From positions 1 to 50,246 of IMG/VR virus record IMGVR_UViG_3300047496_000021: a stretch of 50,246 bases of DNA; one strand, written 5' to 3'. The translations under genes were made by a program, and so were the position numbers. The notes beneath the pieces are model-generated. The model saw nothing but the letters and a program-made list of their open reading frames with translations. It was not told the DNA's origin and did not search any database. This stretch comes from a virus. The stretch's first letter is position 1. Each line of letters starts with the position of its first letter. This document shows positions 8,309 to 17,518 of this stretch, piece after piece.

Positions 8309-9427
8309 TTAAACCCCCAGCATGAAGACGCTAGCCCATGGCTGGCGATTCACCGCGCCCCATCCGCCCTGACTCATCTTCTGCTCAAACGCGCTCATCT
8401 TGCGGATGATCGGGTGCGAGCGGAGCCTTTCGGTGAAGGCGCAATAGCCGTAATCTTGGCCACCGGCCTTGGTCGCGATGAGCTGCGTCAGGTTGCCGCC
8501 GAGATTGTTCAGCGACGTGCCGTATTGGACCGCCGTCTCGATGCGCAGGTTCGGAAACTCCTTCTTGATGATCTCAAAGACCGTTGTGGAGTTGTAGGGC
8601 GCATTGACCTGGGCCAGCGCGACCTCGCTCTGCGGGGCCATCGCCCACACCAGCTCGGATTGGCGATCAATGGCGATCTGGCCATCGCCTTGGGCGACCA
8701 GTTGCAGAAATTGGCTGAGGAAATCGTTATAGATTTCGTTCGCCGTCGCCGTGATCACGCCATTGGTGATCCACGGGCCATGCGCCTGGGCATTGTAAGC
8801 CTTCGGGCCGGGCTGAATGGGCGACAGAAGGTTCGGGTCATTGATAATTCCGTAGTTCTGAAGGCCGGCGACGCCAAAAAAATACATGTTGTTCTGAAAC
8901 TGATCGAGCGCCGTAATCGCGCCGCCGCGCTTTTCCGCCACCCAATCCAGTTGCGCTAGGGCCATCATGGCCAGCTCGCGCTCGCCGTATTGGATGATGG
9001 TCTGATAAAAGTAGGACTGGCGATAAGGCCATTGGACGTTGGCGCCGGACGAGCCGCTGTCGGAATAGTCGCCATAGGACGAGGTGTCGCCGGTGCGCTC
9101 AATGGTCGGGAACGCCGCCGTAAGCATCGTCCAGTCGCCCTTTTTCTTCTCGCCGATAATTTTGGCGGCCTGAAGCGGGGCGAACAGAATTTGCAGGTGA
9201 TCGGGGTCGAAGAAATTCGTCAGCGACCATGGAATGCCGCTGTCCGGCGTCGTGGTCAGCGTGGGCTGCGCGTCCATCGCCAGTTGCGAATTGCGGCGAT
9301 AGGCGGTCGGCAGGAAGCTGCGCACTTCCGGCAGGACAATCCCGTAATCGCGCTCATAGGCAGGCGCTACCTGAGCCCACTTGGCGACAAGCTCTTGGGG
9401 CGATGCAGTCTTGAAATCAAAGGCCAT
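8309..9427 (-). CDS. Major capsid protein
   Basis: 372 aa following the cement and scaffold genes, the same gene order as Bordetella phage BPP-1-type capsid modules (recalled). No diagnostic motif checked. Confidence 0.75.
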   Translation of the reverse strand: MAFDFKTASPQELVAKWAQVAPAYERDYGIVLPEVRSFLPTAYRRNSQLAMDAQPTLTTTPDSGIPWSLTNFFDPDHLQILFAPLQAAKIIGEKKKGDWTMLTAAFPTIERTGDTSSYGDYSDSGSSGANVQWPYRQSYFYQTIIQYGERELAMMALAQLDWVAEKRGGAITALDQFQNNMYFFGVAGLQNYGIINDPNLLSPIQPGPKAYNAQAHGPWITNGVITATANEIYNDFLSQFLQLVAQGDGQIAIDRQSELVWAMAPQSEVALAQVNAPYNSTTVFEIIKKEFPNLRIETAVQYGTSLNNLGGNLTQLIATKAGGQDYGYCAFTERLRSHPIIRKMSAFEQKMSQGGWGAVNRQPWASVFMLGV

Positions 9428-9430
9428 GAT

Positions 9431-10354
9431 TTACCCCAGCGCGTGATCGGAAATGCGGACCAGTTCGCCGACCGCGCGGCCCACGTCCATGCAAACCCAC
9501 TTGGTCTCAACATACCCCGTGGCGTTGACGGTGGCGGACGCGGCGGTCTGCGACGTGGCGACGTTGTAGGTGCCATTGCCACCCGTCCCGGTGCCCAGCG
9601 AGATGATGGCTGGCGTCCCGGTGACATTGGCGCCCGACACCACATCGCCCACCGCAAGCGCGCCGCTGGCGACAGCCGTGACGGTCAGGACGCCATAGGA
9701 TTGCGTGATCGTGGTCGAAGCCAAGGTCTGCGGGATATTGACGGTATAGACGCCAATGCCGCCAGCCGTGCCGCTCGTCTGGCCCGTGATGACAGTGCCC
9801 GCTTGCAGCCCGGTTGCCGACAGCGCGCCGCCGACCACAAGGCCGGGCGTTCCCGCCGCCGTGACTGTCAGAACATAGCCGCTGATCGCGCCCGTGACTG
9901 ACACCGAAGGGCCGGCAGCGATAGATCCCGTGACCACGCCACCCGCCGGGGGATTGCCGGTGGCGGCGAAAGCCACAAGGCCGGTCGCATAGTTGGCATA
10001 GGCCTTCATGCCCACGGTCGTGATGAGCGAGCCGTTGTTCACGACCCAGAAATCACCGCCCGAATAGCCAAAACACTGAATGCCGCTGAGCACCTGCATA
10101 GTGGCGGCGGACAGGAACTGCGTGATGAGGCCCTGCTGATTGCGGCCCATAAAGCCACTGACAGGCCCTGAACCGTTGCTGTTCAGAATCTTGTTCGTCG
10201 GATCGGCCCAGCAGAAACGCCCAACATAAAGGTTCGTGCCCGCGACCATGGCGCCCGGTCCCGCGATGAGCGAAAAGCGCGGATTGGCGGAACAGAAGTC
10301 ACCGGCGACCGCCGGGGCCATGAAAGTCTGAACTTGTTGCGGAAAATCGGCCAT
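9431..10354 (-). CDS. Capsid cement/decoration protein with two inserted ~40-aa surface modules
   Basis: 307 aa directly upstream of the major capsid gene. The N terminus MADFPQQVQTFMAPAVAGDF recalls the cement protein family. The central region carries GTAGGIGVYTVNIPQTLAS and GTGGNGTYNVATSQTAAS. Confidence 0.6.
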   Translation of the reverse strand: MADFPQQVQTFMAPAVAGDFCSANPRFSLIAGPGAMVAGTNLYVGRFCWADPTNKILNSNGSGPVSGFMGRNQQGLITQFLSAATMQVLSGIQCFGYSGGDFWVVNNGSLITTVGMKAYANYATGLVAFAATGNPPAGGVVTGSIAAGPSVSVTGAISGYVLTVTAAGTPGLVVGGALSATGLQAGTVITGQTSGTAGGIGVYTVNIPQTLASTTITQSYGVLTVTAVASGALAVGDVVSGANVTGTPAIISLGTGTGGNGTYNVATSQTAASATVNATGYVETKWVCMDVGRAVGELVRISDHALG

Positions 10355-10368
10355 GAGGGTGGGGTCCT

Positions 10369-11724
10369 TTAGGCTTGGCCGATGCGCGCGGCATCAGGGA
10401 AAAGCTCATTGGCGGCCATCGCGGCGTCATGAGCGAATTTCGGCGTCTGCGTGCGGCGGCCATCGGGCTTCGGCTGCAAAGCGAGGATCGCGCTATAGGC
10501 GCTCGGGTGAACGCCCTCGACATTCACGCCCAGCGTTTCCAGCGCGAACTTGCGCACGGCGTCGGCGCTGTCCATGGCGACCACGATATCGCCCACGAAC
10601 GGGCGGACCTCGCGCTCGGCGTCGCGGATGGCGTTGACGCGGGCGATGGCGGTTGTCGTCGCGGCCTTGACCGCCGTTTCAATCGCCGCGTCCATGGCCT
10701 TTTTGTCCATGGCCCCTTCCTTCTTTTCACCGCCGGGCTCGGAATCGCGACCCCGCTTGGCGTCGCGAGCGGGGCGATCCTTGGCCCAAGCCGCGTCCCA
10801 CGCCTTGCGGTCCTTGGCGCCCATCTTCATGTAGCCGGCGGCGTCCTCGGCGTCTTCGCGTTCCTCGCGCTCGTCGTCGGGCTCTTCGTCGTCGGCGTCC
10901 ATGTCATCTTCGTCTTCGGCCCCGTCGTTTTCGTCGTCCAGGCTGTCGAGAAGCTTGTGGATGTCTTCCATGTCCGCGTCGGCGGCGAGGCGCGGCTTGA
11001 TGGCGGCGAGAATGGCGGGTTTCTTGGCGCGGTAATTGGCGCGGTTCACGTCGCCCAAGATGCTGTCGAACGCGAGGCGCTGACCGCTGGCGAGCTTCGG
11101 CGTCACATAGGCCGCGAGCGCGCCGCGAACCAGAAGAGCCTTGCGAGACGTGAGAGCCATGGGGCGTCTATCCAATGCTTGATCACCGACCACCACGTCC
11201 GCCCCAGCCCGGCCCGCCGAAACCAAAGCAACGTGATTGGCCACGATGTCTCGCATAACGCCGTCGAAGCGCAAGCCCTGGTATTCGCCGGGCGTCATGT
11301 CGGCGACGTAGCGGTAGGAACAGCTCAACTGCTCCTGTTCCTCGCTCTCAATTCCGGCGATGGCCTCGGCGTCCCAGACGGCCAGCGAGTTGATGAGGTA
11401 GGGATCTTCAAACCGCGCGTTTTCGCCGGTCGTGCCGACCACGTCGTCTTTTTTCGGATCGTCGGCGGACACGGCGATATGGCGGCGCAGAAGTTGGATT
11501 TTGTTGAAGGTCGGCGCGGCTTTTTTCAATTCATCGGGATGGCGAAGAAGCTGATAAATCTTCTGCGGATCAAGGCCGAGCTTTTCCCAGTCGGGGATTT
11601 CCTCGCCCTTGTAGGGATTAACCGTCGCCTTCGAGATATTGCTCGACGCGATATGCAGCCGCCCATCCACGTCCTTCGTGCGGTTTTCGGGCTTTTTGTC
11701 GAAGGCGAAGGTCTCGATCTTCAT
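10369..11724 (-). CDS. Prohead protease/scaffolding protein (DUF2213-like, as recalled)
   Basis: 451 aa with a conserved N-terminal half, then an acidic tract DDENDGAEDEDDMDADDEEPDDEREEREDAED and a helical C terminus. Confidence 0.7.
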   Translation of the reverse strand: MKIETFAFDKKPENRTKDVDGRLHIASSNISKATVNPYKGEEIPDWEKLGLDPQKIYQLLRHPDELKKAAPTFNKIQLLRRHIAVSADDPKKDDVVGTTGENARFEDPYLINSLAVWDAEAIAGIESEEQEQLSCSYRYVADMTPGEYQGLRFDGVMRDIVANHVALVSAGRAGADVVVGDQALDRRPMALTSRKALLVRGALAAYVTPKLASGQRLAFDSILGDVNRANYRAKKPAILAAIKPRLAADADMEDIHKLLDSLDDENDGAEDEDDMDADDEEPDDEREEREDAEDAAGYMKMGAKDRKAWDAAWAKDRPARDAKRGRDSEPGGEKKEGAMDKKAMDAAIETAVKAATTTAIARVNAIRDAEREVRPFVGDIVVAMDSADAVRKFALETLGVNVEGVHPSAYSAILALQPKPDGRRTQTPKFAHDAAMAANELFPDAARIGQA

Positions 11725-11739
11725 GGCCGCAAATTACGG

Positions 11740-11943
11740 TCAGGCGCGCTGTTGTGCAAACGTGATGACGATCACGCCCAGCCGCACGGCTTCCTCGACG
11801 TAAATCCGGGCATGTTTCGCGCAGGCCCGTTCCATCGCCGGGCGGTTAAAATACTCGATATCGCGCTCACCCGGCCGCAAAGGCGACGGGCCTAAAAACT
11901 GCATTTTCGGAACGCCTTGGCCCCCGCCCTTATGTCCGCTCAT
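11740..11943 (-). CDS. Hypothetical small protein
   Basis: 67-aa ORF, ATGA-coupled to the MuF-like gene stop. Confidence 0.45.
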   Translation of the reverse strand: MSGHKGGGQGVPKMQFLGPSPLRPGERDIEYFNRPAMERACAKHARIYVEEAVRLGVIVITFAQQRA

Positions 11944-12803
11944 GCTGCTATCGGCTCAACCATTTCTGACATGGTGGGGATGATTGGGATCGCCACACAG
12001 CGGCAATTTATGAGCGTGCCCGGCCAACACCTCACTTTTGCGTCAGGATCAAACCAGCCCTCCGCGATGTCATAAATCACGCCGTCACGCCCCGCCTTGA
12101 CGTGGCTTGGCCTAGGCGTCTTGCCCCCCGCGCTATGCAGCCAACGGGCTTGCTTGAACCCCACCTCAAGCTGCCGGGCCCGGTTGATCACGGCGGTCGC
12201 CTTGTTGGTCTGGTCGCGGGCGATGTTGACGGCGCGCCGCCGCGTCACACCGTCATGAGCTTCAATCTCGCGGGTGAGCGTGTGCAGGTCGATACCCGTC
12301 TGCACCGAACGCATGACTGAACCCTCAATCTGAGTGAAATACTGTTCCGGTATCGACTTGATCAGCGATACATTCTCTGCGGTGACCGATTGAAGGATAT
12401 CGTTTATCTGTCGGTTGAGCTTGAAATCTATCGCGATACCGGCCCGTTTGAGCGCGTTCGTCAGCGTGGCGTCCACGCGATCTTTTTGCTGCGTGGCGAA
12501 ATAGGCAGCCATCTCGGGCGCCAAACGCTTGAAGCCGTCCGTCCAGCGCCGTCGAAGCTGGGCGATGATCGCTTGCAACGCCTTCGCTGGGCTGGCGTCC
12601 ATCGCGATTTCGGGTTCGTTGGCGAGGTAGGCGCGGCGGATGATGTGCTCGACGTCGCCGCTCATCTGGGAAATCAGGCGCTCAAGCGTGCGGCGGTAGG
12701 CGATTTCCTGACCGAGGTTCGGGCGGATAGCGGGGAGGGTAGCGGCCCTAATCGTTGCCGTCATCATCGTCCGCATCGGCGACTTTCGGCGCGGCGCCCG
12801 CAT
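11940..12803 (-). CDS. Head morphogenesis protein, Mu F / SPP1 gp7 family
   Basis: C-terminal WLHSAGGKTPRPSHVKAGRDGVIYDI...WPGTLINCRCV motif. The true start may be an internal ATG at 12776, 12767 or 12764. Confidence 0.85.
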   Translation of the reverse strand: MRAPRRKSPMRTMMTATIRAATLPAIRPNLGQEIAYRRTLERLISQMSGDVEHIIRRAYLANEPEIAMDASPAKALQAIIAQLRRRWTDGFKRLAPEMAAYFATQQKDRVDATLTNALKRAGIAIDFKLNRQINDILQSVTAENVSLIKSIPEQYFTQIEGSVMRSVQTGIDLHTLTREIEAHDGVTRRRAVNIARDQTNKATAVINRARQLEVGFKQARWLHSAGGKTPRPSHVKAGRDGVIYDIAEGWFDPDAKVRCWPGTLINCRCVAIPIIPTMSEMVEPIAA

Positions 12804-15405
12804 AGGTCACGCCCTCGGCGAATTCCCTCAACGCCTTTTGCTGACGCTCATTGGAGGCCCAGCCATCGGCCTCGGCGTCCTGTGCGATCTTTTCCATTCC
12901 CAGTCCCCAGGCATCGAACAGCATCGGATTGATGTAGGCAGAGAGCGCCATGGCGCGCGTATTGCCGAGCTGTGACGATACCACATCGCCCACATGGTTG
13001 ACAGCCTTGCGCCTGGCCTTCTCGTCGGCCGGCGGCTCCATCGAGGCGATGGTTTCAGCGGCGAGGGCATTGGCTTTCAGCGTTCTCAGATCCTTCGACT
13101 TGTAGTCTCCCCCGCACACTTTCTTGATGAAATAACGCGCCTTTGTTTCGTCCGTGTTGAACAGTCTCTCTCCGTCATTTGCGTTCAACCGTTTCGACAC
13201 AAGATCAGCCAAGTTTTTATCTTTGACCTTGTTTTCGATATGCACGCCCTCCTTGCCGATGAACGAATAATGGACCGTATCGCCATCGACTTGGACATGG
13301 GATTTGCGCAGGTTCGTCGCCCCATGCGCCTTTTTCTCGGCGCCGTTGTCGTTCTCGCTGCCTGGCCTCATACCCGTCAACAGCATGAGACGAACGGCAG
13401 CGGCAGTTTCATCGCCTTCGGACACGGCTGATTTGGTCGAGTCGTTCAGCAATGGCGCTTTCTTTTCGAAAGCAATTACGCGTTCGAACTTCTCGGCTTT
13501 CTTGCTATTGGCAAAAGCTTCGGTGTATCTGTATTGAACGCGCCCTTTGCTGTCTATGCCGAGAACTTGCAACGGAGCGTGTTCGTCATGCGATATCCGC
13601 ACGTCGCGCCACGCCGGTGGAATGGCGAGCGCCTTGATCCTTGCCGAGCTGATACCGGGCGCCGTCCAGGTGTTTCCCTCGCGCTTGGCTTCGACGCCTC
13701 CTGCCGTCTTGCCCTTGCTCACGGACAGGCTAGAACCTGCCGACTTGGCGAACTCACCCGCGTTCTCGGGCTGGCCGCGCGGATGGCCCGCCTCGTTCCA
13801 TTCCTTGTCGAGCGCCATATCCCCACCGACGCCGCTCCGTTCTTCGGTGCGCGTCTCGCCGATGCCCTTCGCTGGACTTCCGCCGATGTCAGGCTTCACC
13901 GCCTCGCCCGTCTCAGGGTCCACCGCCGGCGGATCGGGCGGCGGTGTGTCGCCGAGGTCAAGGCTCGCATAGGCGCTGTCAGGATCGCGCGCCACGGCCT
14001 CGCGTACCTCTTCGGGGCTAACGACGCCATCGCCGAGATAGACCGCGTGCGTGTCCGCCTTGGCCTTCTGGACAGTGGCTTGAGCTGCGTCGTCCATTTC
14101 CCAGAGCGAGACATATTCGAAATCAATCTCGGGGTCGATATCGCCGAACTCGTCAAGCTGGATGATATTGATCGCCCGGCGAAGATGATCGGTATAGAAT
14201 TGCTCCTGTTGCGCTCTGATCCAGGCGTAAAAAGTCCTGATCTCGCCATCGCTTGAGGCGTTAAGCCCTGACGGCGTAATGCCGAGCAACACGACAAGCG
14301 GAATACCCCACACGCTGGCCATGTGTTCTTGGGCCTGCGCTTGAAGCTTATCGAGCGACCCCAGAGGCGCGCTCGCAATGGCGAAATCTTCTTTTTCCTT
14401 GTCGATCACGAACGCGCCGCGATTGTCGCGGAACCTGTTAAACGCAAGCACACGGTTCAGGATTGTCTGCATGGCGCCGGCCAGCGTCAGATTGCCCATG
14501 TCCGTCTTGAACACCGGAACGCTGAACGCATGGGTGATGTCGCTGACGCTCTGGCGCGTGCGGAGCCAGTTGTTCACATAGGGAATGCCGAGCTGACTGA
14601 GCGACAGGCCGCCGAAGTTGTAGGCCGGTTTGAGCAGGTCCGGCACTGGGCGCGAAATGAACGTCATCAGGCGCGTGTAGTGAATTTCCTTGCCCATCAC
14701 GAACCACGTCGAGGGGCGGTAGTAGGCGGGATTGAGCGGGTCGCTGGCGTTGTATTGGTTCGGGCTCGTCCAGATCGGCTCGATGGCGCGAAAGCCCCTG
14801 AGCGAGCCTTTCTTGATCGTGCGCTTATCGACGACGAGAGGCAGTGTCAACGTCGCCGGATCGTCGGTCGCGCCCGTGTCAACGTAGAGGTGCGCGAGGC
14901 CGAAAAACCCGTCCAACGTCGTAACCTCGCGAAACACGGCCTGCAAGCGGTGACGCTGCATGGCGTCTTCGAGTTTGCGCAGACGCTTTGACTTATCCTT
15001 GCCGTCCGTGCCTGTGGATTTCAGCTTGATCCACTTGCGGGTCATTTCCTTGGCGATGATTTCGGACGCGCGGCGGTATTCGGGGCGCTGTGTCAGCTCG
15101 GACAGGAACGCATAGCCTGGAAAGCCCAGTCCGTTGGCCCAGTTGCCGAGGCCCGACAGTGACGCTGGTCCCGCGCCTCCCCACGCAAACGCATCATCCA
15201 TCGCCAGCGCGGGCGCGTCGTCGGGGCACACCCCCTTCGCCGGCTGATAGGGCCTCATCATCGTCATGGGATCGACGGCCGGCATTTCGATGATGGGCGT
15301 CAGGGATTTCGACTCGCGACCCAGCGCATCCGCCAACGAGCGCCACGCGCGCGACTGCTTGTCTTCGTTCGTCTCGCTAAACGATGGGCGCGCCTTGCGG
15401 GTCAT
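12748..15405 (-). CDS. Portal protein fused to a C-terminal type IB topoisomerase-like domain
   Basis: 885 aa. The N-terminal ~500 aa are portal-like (FLSELTQRPEYRRASEIIAKEMTRKW) and ATGA-coupled to terL. Residues ~585-840 carry IPPAW, GIDSKGRVQYRY, MRPG, FIGKEG, KDLRT, LGNT and SAYINP. Confidence 0.85.
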   Translation of the reverse strand: MTRKARPSFSETNEDKQSRAWRSLADALGRESKSLTPIIEMPAVDPMTMMRPYQPAKGVCPDDAPALAMDDAFAWGGAGPASLSGLGNWANGLGFPGYAFLSELTQRPEYRRASEIIAKEMTRKWIKLKSTGTDGKDKSKRLRKLEDAMQRHRLQAVFREVTTLDGFFGLAHLYVDTGATDDPATLTLPLVVDKRTIKKGSLRGFRAIEPIWTSPNQYNASDPLNPAYYRPSTWFVMGKEIHYTRLMTFISRPVPDLLKPAYNFGGLSLSQLGIPYVNNWLRTRQSVSDITHAFSVPVFKTDMGNLTLAGAMQTILNRVLAFNRFRDNRGAFVIDKEKEDFAIASAPLGSLDKLQAQAQEHMASVWGIPLVVLLGITPSGLNASSDGEIRTFYAWIRAQQEQFYTDHLRRAINIIQLDEFGDIDPEIDFEYVSLWEMDDAAQATVQKAKADTHAVYLGDGVVSPEEVREAVARDPDSAYASLDLGDTPPPDPPAVDPETGEAVKPDIGGSPAKGIGETRTEERSGVGGDMALDKEWNEAGHPRGQPENAGEFAKSAGSSLSVSKGKTAGGVEAKREGNTWTAPGISSARIKALAIPPAWRDVRISHDEHAPLQVLGIDSKGRVQYRYTEAFANSKKAEKFERVIAFEKKAPLLNDSTKSAVSEGDETAAAVRLMLLTGMRPGSENDNGAEKKAHGATNLRKSHVQVDGDTVHYSFIGKEGVHIENKVKDKNLADLVSKRLNANDGERLFNTDETKARYFIKKVCGGDYKSKDLRTLKANALAAETIASMEPPADEKARRKAVNHVGDVVSSQLGNTRAMALSAYINPMLFDAWGLGMEKIAQDAEADGWASNERQQKALREFAEGVTYAGAAPKVADADDDDGND

Positions 15406-16706
15406 ATCAGTTCAAGCGCGCTTTCATCGAAGACTATCGGTCCTTTGCTTTGAATATAGCCATCTAAACTATACCTAACCGCATCTATGCCATGATTGTA
15501 TTTATCAACCAAGATCGGCAAAACTAGCGGCTGTCCATTCTCGTCTAGTTGCTTCGGGTCGGTTTTCCAAGAGTATAGTCGAAACTCCTGAATAATATTC
15601 TTGCAGCGCGGGTGCACCGTAATGGTTTTGAACCCCTTCATGTAGGCGATACCATCTTCGACGCTGCCTGGCCACTTCTCGGCGGCGCTGATGTTGAAGC
15701 CCTTGCGCTTGAGGTAGCTGATGATGGCCGGTTGCGCCGCGTCACCCTTGATCGGCCATTTTCGCGAGTCCGGCACTTGGTCAAAGATCGCTTGCGGGAT
15801 GTCGTCAATCTCGACGTGCCAGCCAAACGCCTCATGCGTGATGAACAGGTTATCGGCCAGCACGTAGGACCGGATGAGCGTCGTCGGGTCATTCGCAAAG
15901 CCCCAGTCTGCGCCGTAGAAGGGCCGCATGTCGGGCGGCTCGACGAAATCCTCCACCTTGACCCGATCACGGAACACCATGGCGTCGGTGAGCCGGCGAC
16001 ACTTGCCTTCCCAGATCCAATCATAGGCGGCTTGGTCGATGCTTGAGCCAGCATCCGCCGACCGTTGCGCCGCGCTACGCAGGCGCTCCAGCACCGGCGG
16101 AAACCATGGATTATCGCGCCAGTTGATCTCCTGAACGATGGCCTCGGGCGGGGCTTTGAGGTTGAACAGTTGATGGGTGGCAGCGCCCTCAAGGTCCGGG
16201 TTGTAGGTGATCGCAAACTCCGAGCCTTCCACGCGCAATGTCGGGTCAAGCACCTGCCACTCATAGGCGGGCACGCTTTCCGCCTCTTCAACCCAGCAAT
16301 ACTTCACCCCTTTGAGAGATTTGATCCCGTTGATGTCTCGCTGAATGCCCTTGAAGATAAAATCTGATTTGGTGGCCCGATGAATGATCGTGCTTTTGAG
16401 GATATCGAACTCTTGCAACAGCCCTAAATCTTCAATCGCCTCCGCAATTGTTCTGTGAACCGAATCGTTAATGCTGTTCTGATACATGCGAGCGCACAAA
16501 AAGCGGGCCGTCTCAGACCTCGCCAACATCACGTATATTCGCGCCACGCCCTCCGATTTGCCGCCTCCTCGACCGCCGAACAACACCCGATATCTGACCA
16601 CATGGCCCGTGTCGGTATATTGGCGCCAGCTTCCGTCGTGATTGTAAAACGCTTCCGCGACTTTTCCGACAACCGGAGCCTCAATCGTGGCCAGTTCAGT
16701 CGCCAC
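15402..16706 (-). CDS. terL: Terminase large subunit
   Basis: 434 aa. Walker A is FGGRGGGKS. It has the C-terminal nuclease-region acidic motifs and lies upstream of the portal. Confidence 0.9.
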   Translation of the reverse strand: MATELATIEAPVVGKVAEAFYNHDGSWRQYTDTGHVVRYRVLFGGRGGGKSEGVARIYVMLARSETARFLCARMYQNSINDSVHRTIAEAIEDLGLLQEFDILKSTIIHRATKSDFIFKGIQRDINGIKSLKGVKYCWVEEAESVPAYEWQVLDPTLRVEGSEFAITYNPDLEGAATHQLFNLKAPPEAIVQEINWRDNPWFPPVLERLRSAAQRSADAGSSIDQAAYDWIWEGKCRRLTDAMVFRDRVKVEDFVEPPDMRPFYGADWGFANDPTTLIRSYVLADNLFITHEAFGWHVEIDDIPQAIFDQVPDSRKWPIKGDAAQPAIISYLKRKGFNISAAEKWPGSVEDGIAYMKGFKTITVHPRCKNIIQEFRLYSWKTDPKQLDENGQPLVLPILVDKYNHGIDAVRYSLDGYIQSKGPIVFDESALELI

Positions 16707-17151
16707 CGTTCACGGCCTTCGGAAACACCGCCTTGACCGCGCCGGGTAGGGCAATGGCTTGCCGATCCGTGATCACGCGGCCCACGGGCGTGCCCACGAT
16801 CTGGTTGCGCACCTTTTCGGCGAACACGCCCCGCACATACTCGCTTTCCGCCGTGCGCATCATCTCAGCCATGACCTCAAGCCCCTCCTGAGCCAAAGCC
16901 TCAAGCTCCTCGGGGCTGTAGATGCGACGTGGTTTCGTGGGCTGATGATCCGACGAAAACAACCGACCTCTCGGCCTGGCTGGACCGCCCACGCCCTCGC
17001 CCATGGCCGGAATTCCCGTTCCCTTGCCTTTCGCCGGTTTGTTGTTGGTTTCCTTCGCGCAAGCCGCACCCTTACGCCCAGCCGCGCTTCTGATCTCGCG
17101 CAGAGACCTCTTGGCCGTCAGGTCCACGATGTTGTCATCGCCGTCGCTCAT
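16696..17151 (-). CDS. terS: Putative terminase small subunit
   Basis: Start trimmed to the ATG at 17151 (MSDGDDNIV; alternative at 17160). Basic Gly-rich N-terminal region. Overlaps the terL start by 11 nt. Confidence 0.5.
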   Translation of the reverse strand: MSDGDDNIVDLTAKRSLREIRSAAGRKGAACAKETNNKPAKGKGTGIPAMGEGVGGPARPRGRLFSSDHQPTKPRRIYSPEELEALAQEGLEVMAEMMRTAESEYVRGVFAEKVRNQIVGTPVGRVITDRQAIALPGAVKAVFPKAVNGGD

Positions 17152-17401
17152 GCCGACCATTCTGCAAACGCGCGCGCGCACCGTCAAGGCAAAGATGCGT
17201 GGACCACGTAACCCGGTACTGGCCGCCCATCCGACCCTAAACGATTTTCCGCCCATGGATAGCCGACACCCATAAATCTCCCTTACGCCTCGCCTATGCG
17301 TCGGGTGATTTAGTGTCACGCATCACCCCATCAGCCTCGCGCCCATGCACACGTGGTAGATATATTTCTTATCTTGGAGAGCCTCTTTCTAAGAGACATC
17401 T

Positions 17402-17518
17402 ACAGGACAGGACAGGACAGGACAGACATGCCCCTAAAAAACGTAGGACAAGGGGGTGGACATTAGGCCATGTCTCGCGGGACAAGGGGGTGGACATTGG
17501 CGCTTGTCTCATGAGACA
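17402..17518 (+). repeat. Iteron/palindrome cluster: (GGACA)x4, a 19-bp direct repeat x2, and a 14-bp perfect palindrome
   Basis: GGACA x4 at 17405-17424. ggacaagggggtggacatt at 17446-17464 and 17480-17498. tgtctcatgagaca at 17505-17518. Confidence 0.85.

Noticed and set aside
8309-10354. A diversity-generating retroelement, looked for because the cement-plus-capsid arrangement recalls Bordetella phage BPP-1
   Set aside because: No reverse-transcriptase-like ORF appears anywhere in the six-frame track. I found no template/variable repeat pair near the fibre or other 3' ends.
10375-11895. 506-aa plus-strand ORF, the longest ORF in that region
   Set aside because: It lies entirely antisense to the protease/scaffold gene. 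Its translation is Arg/Gly/Ala/His-rich junk with no motif. Long shadow ORFs of this kind are expected in high-GC DNA. The same applies to 13534..14256, 14323..14991, 8990..9901, 6944..7522, 7023..7571, 15638..16291 and similar track entries.
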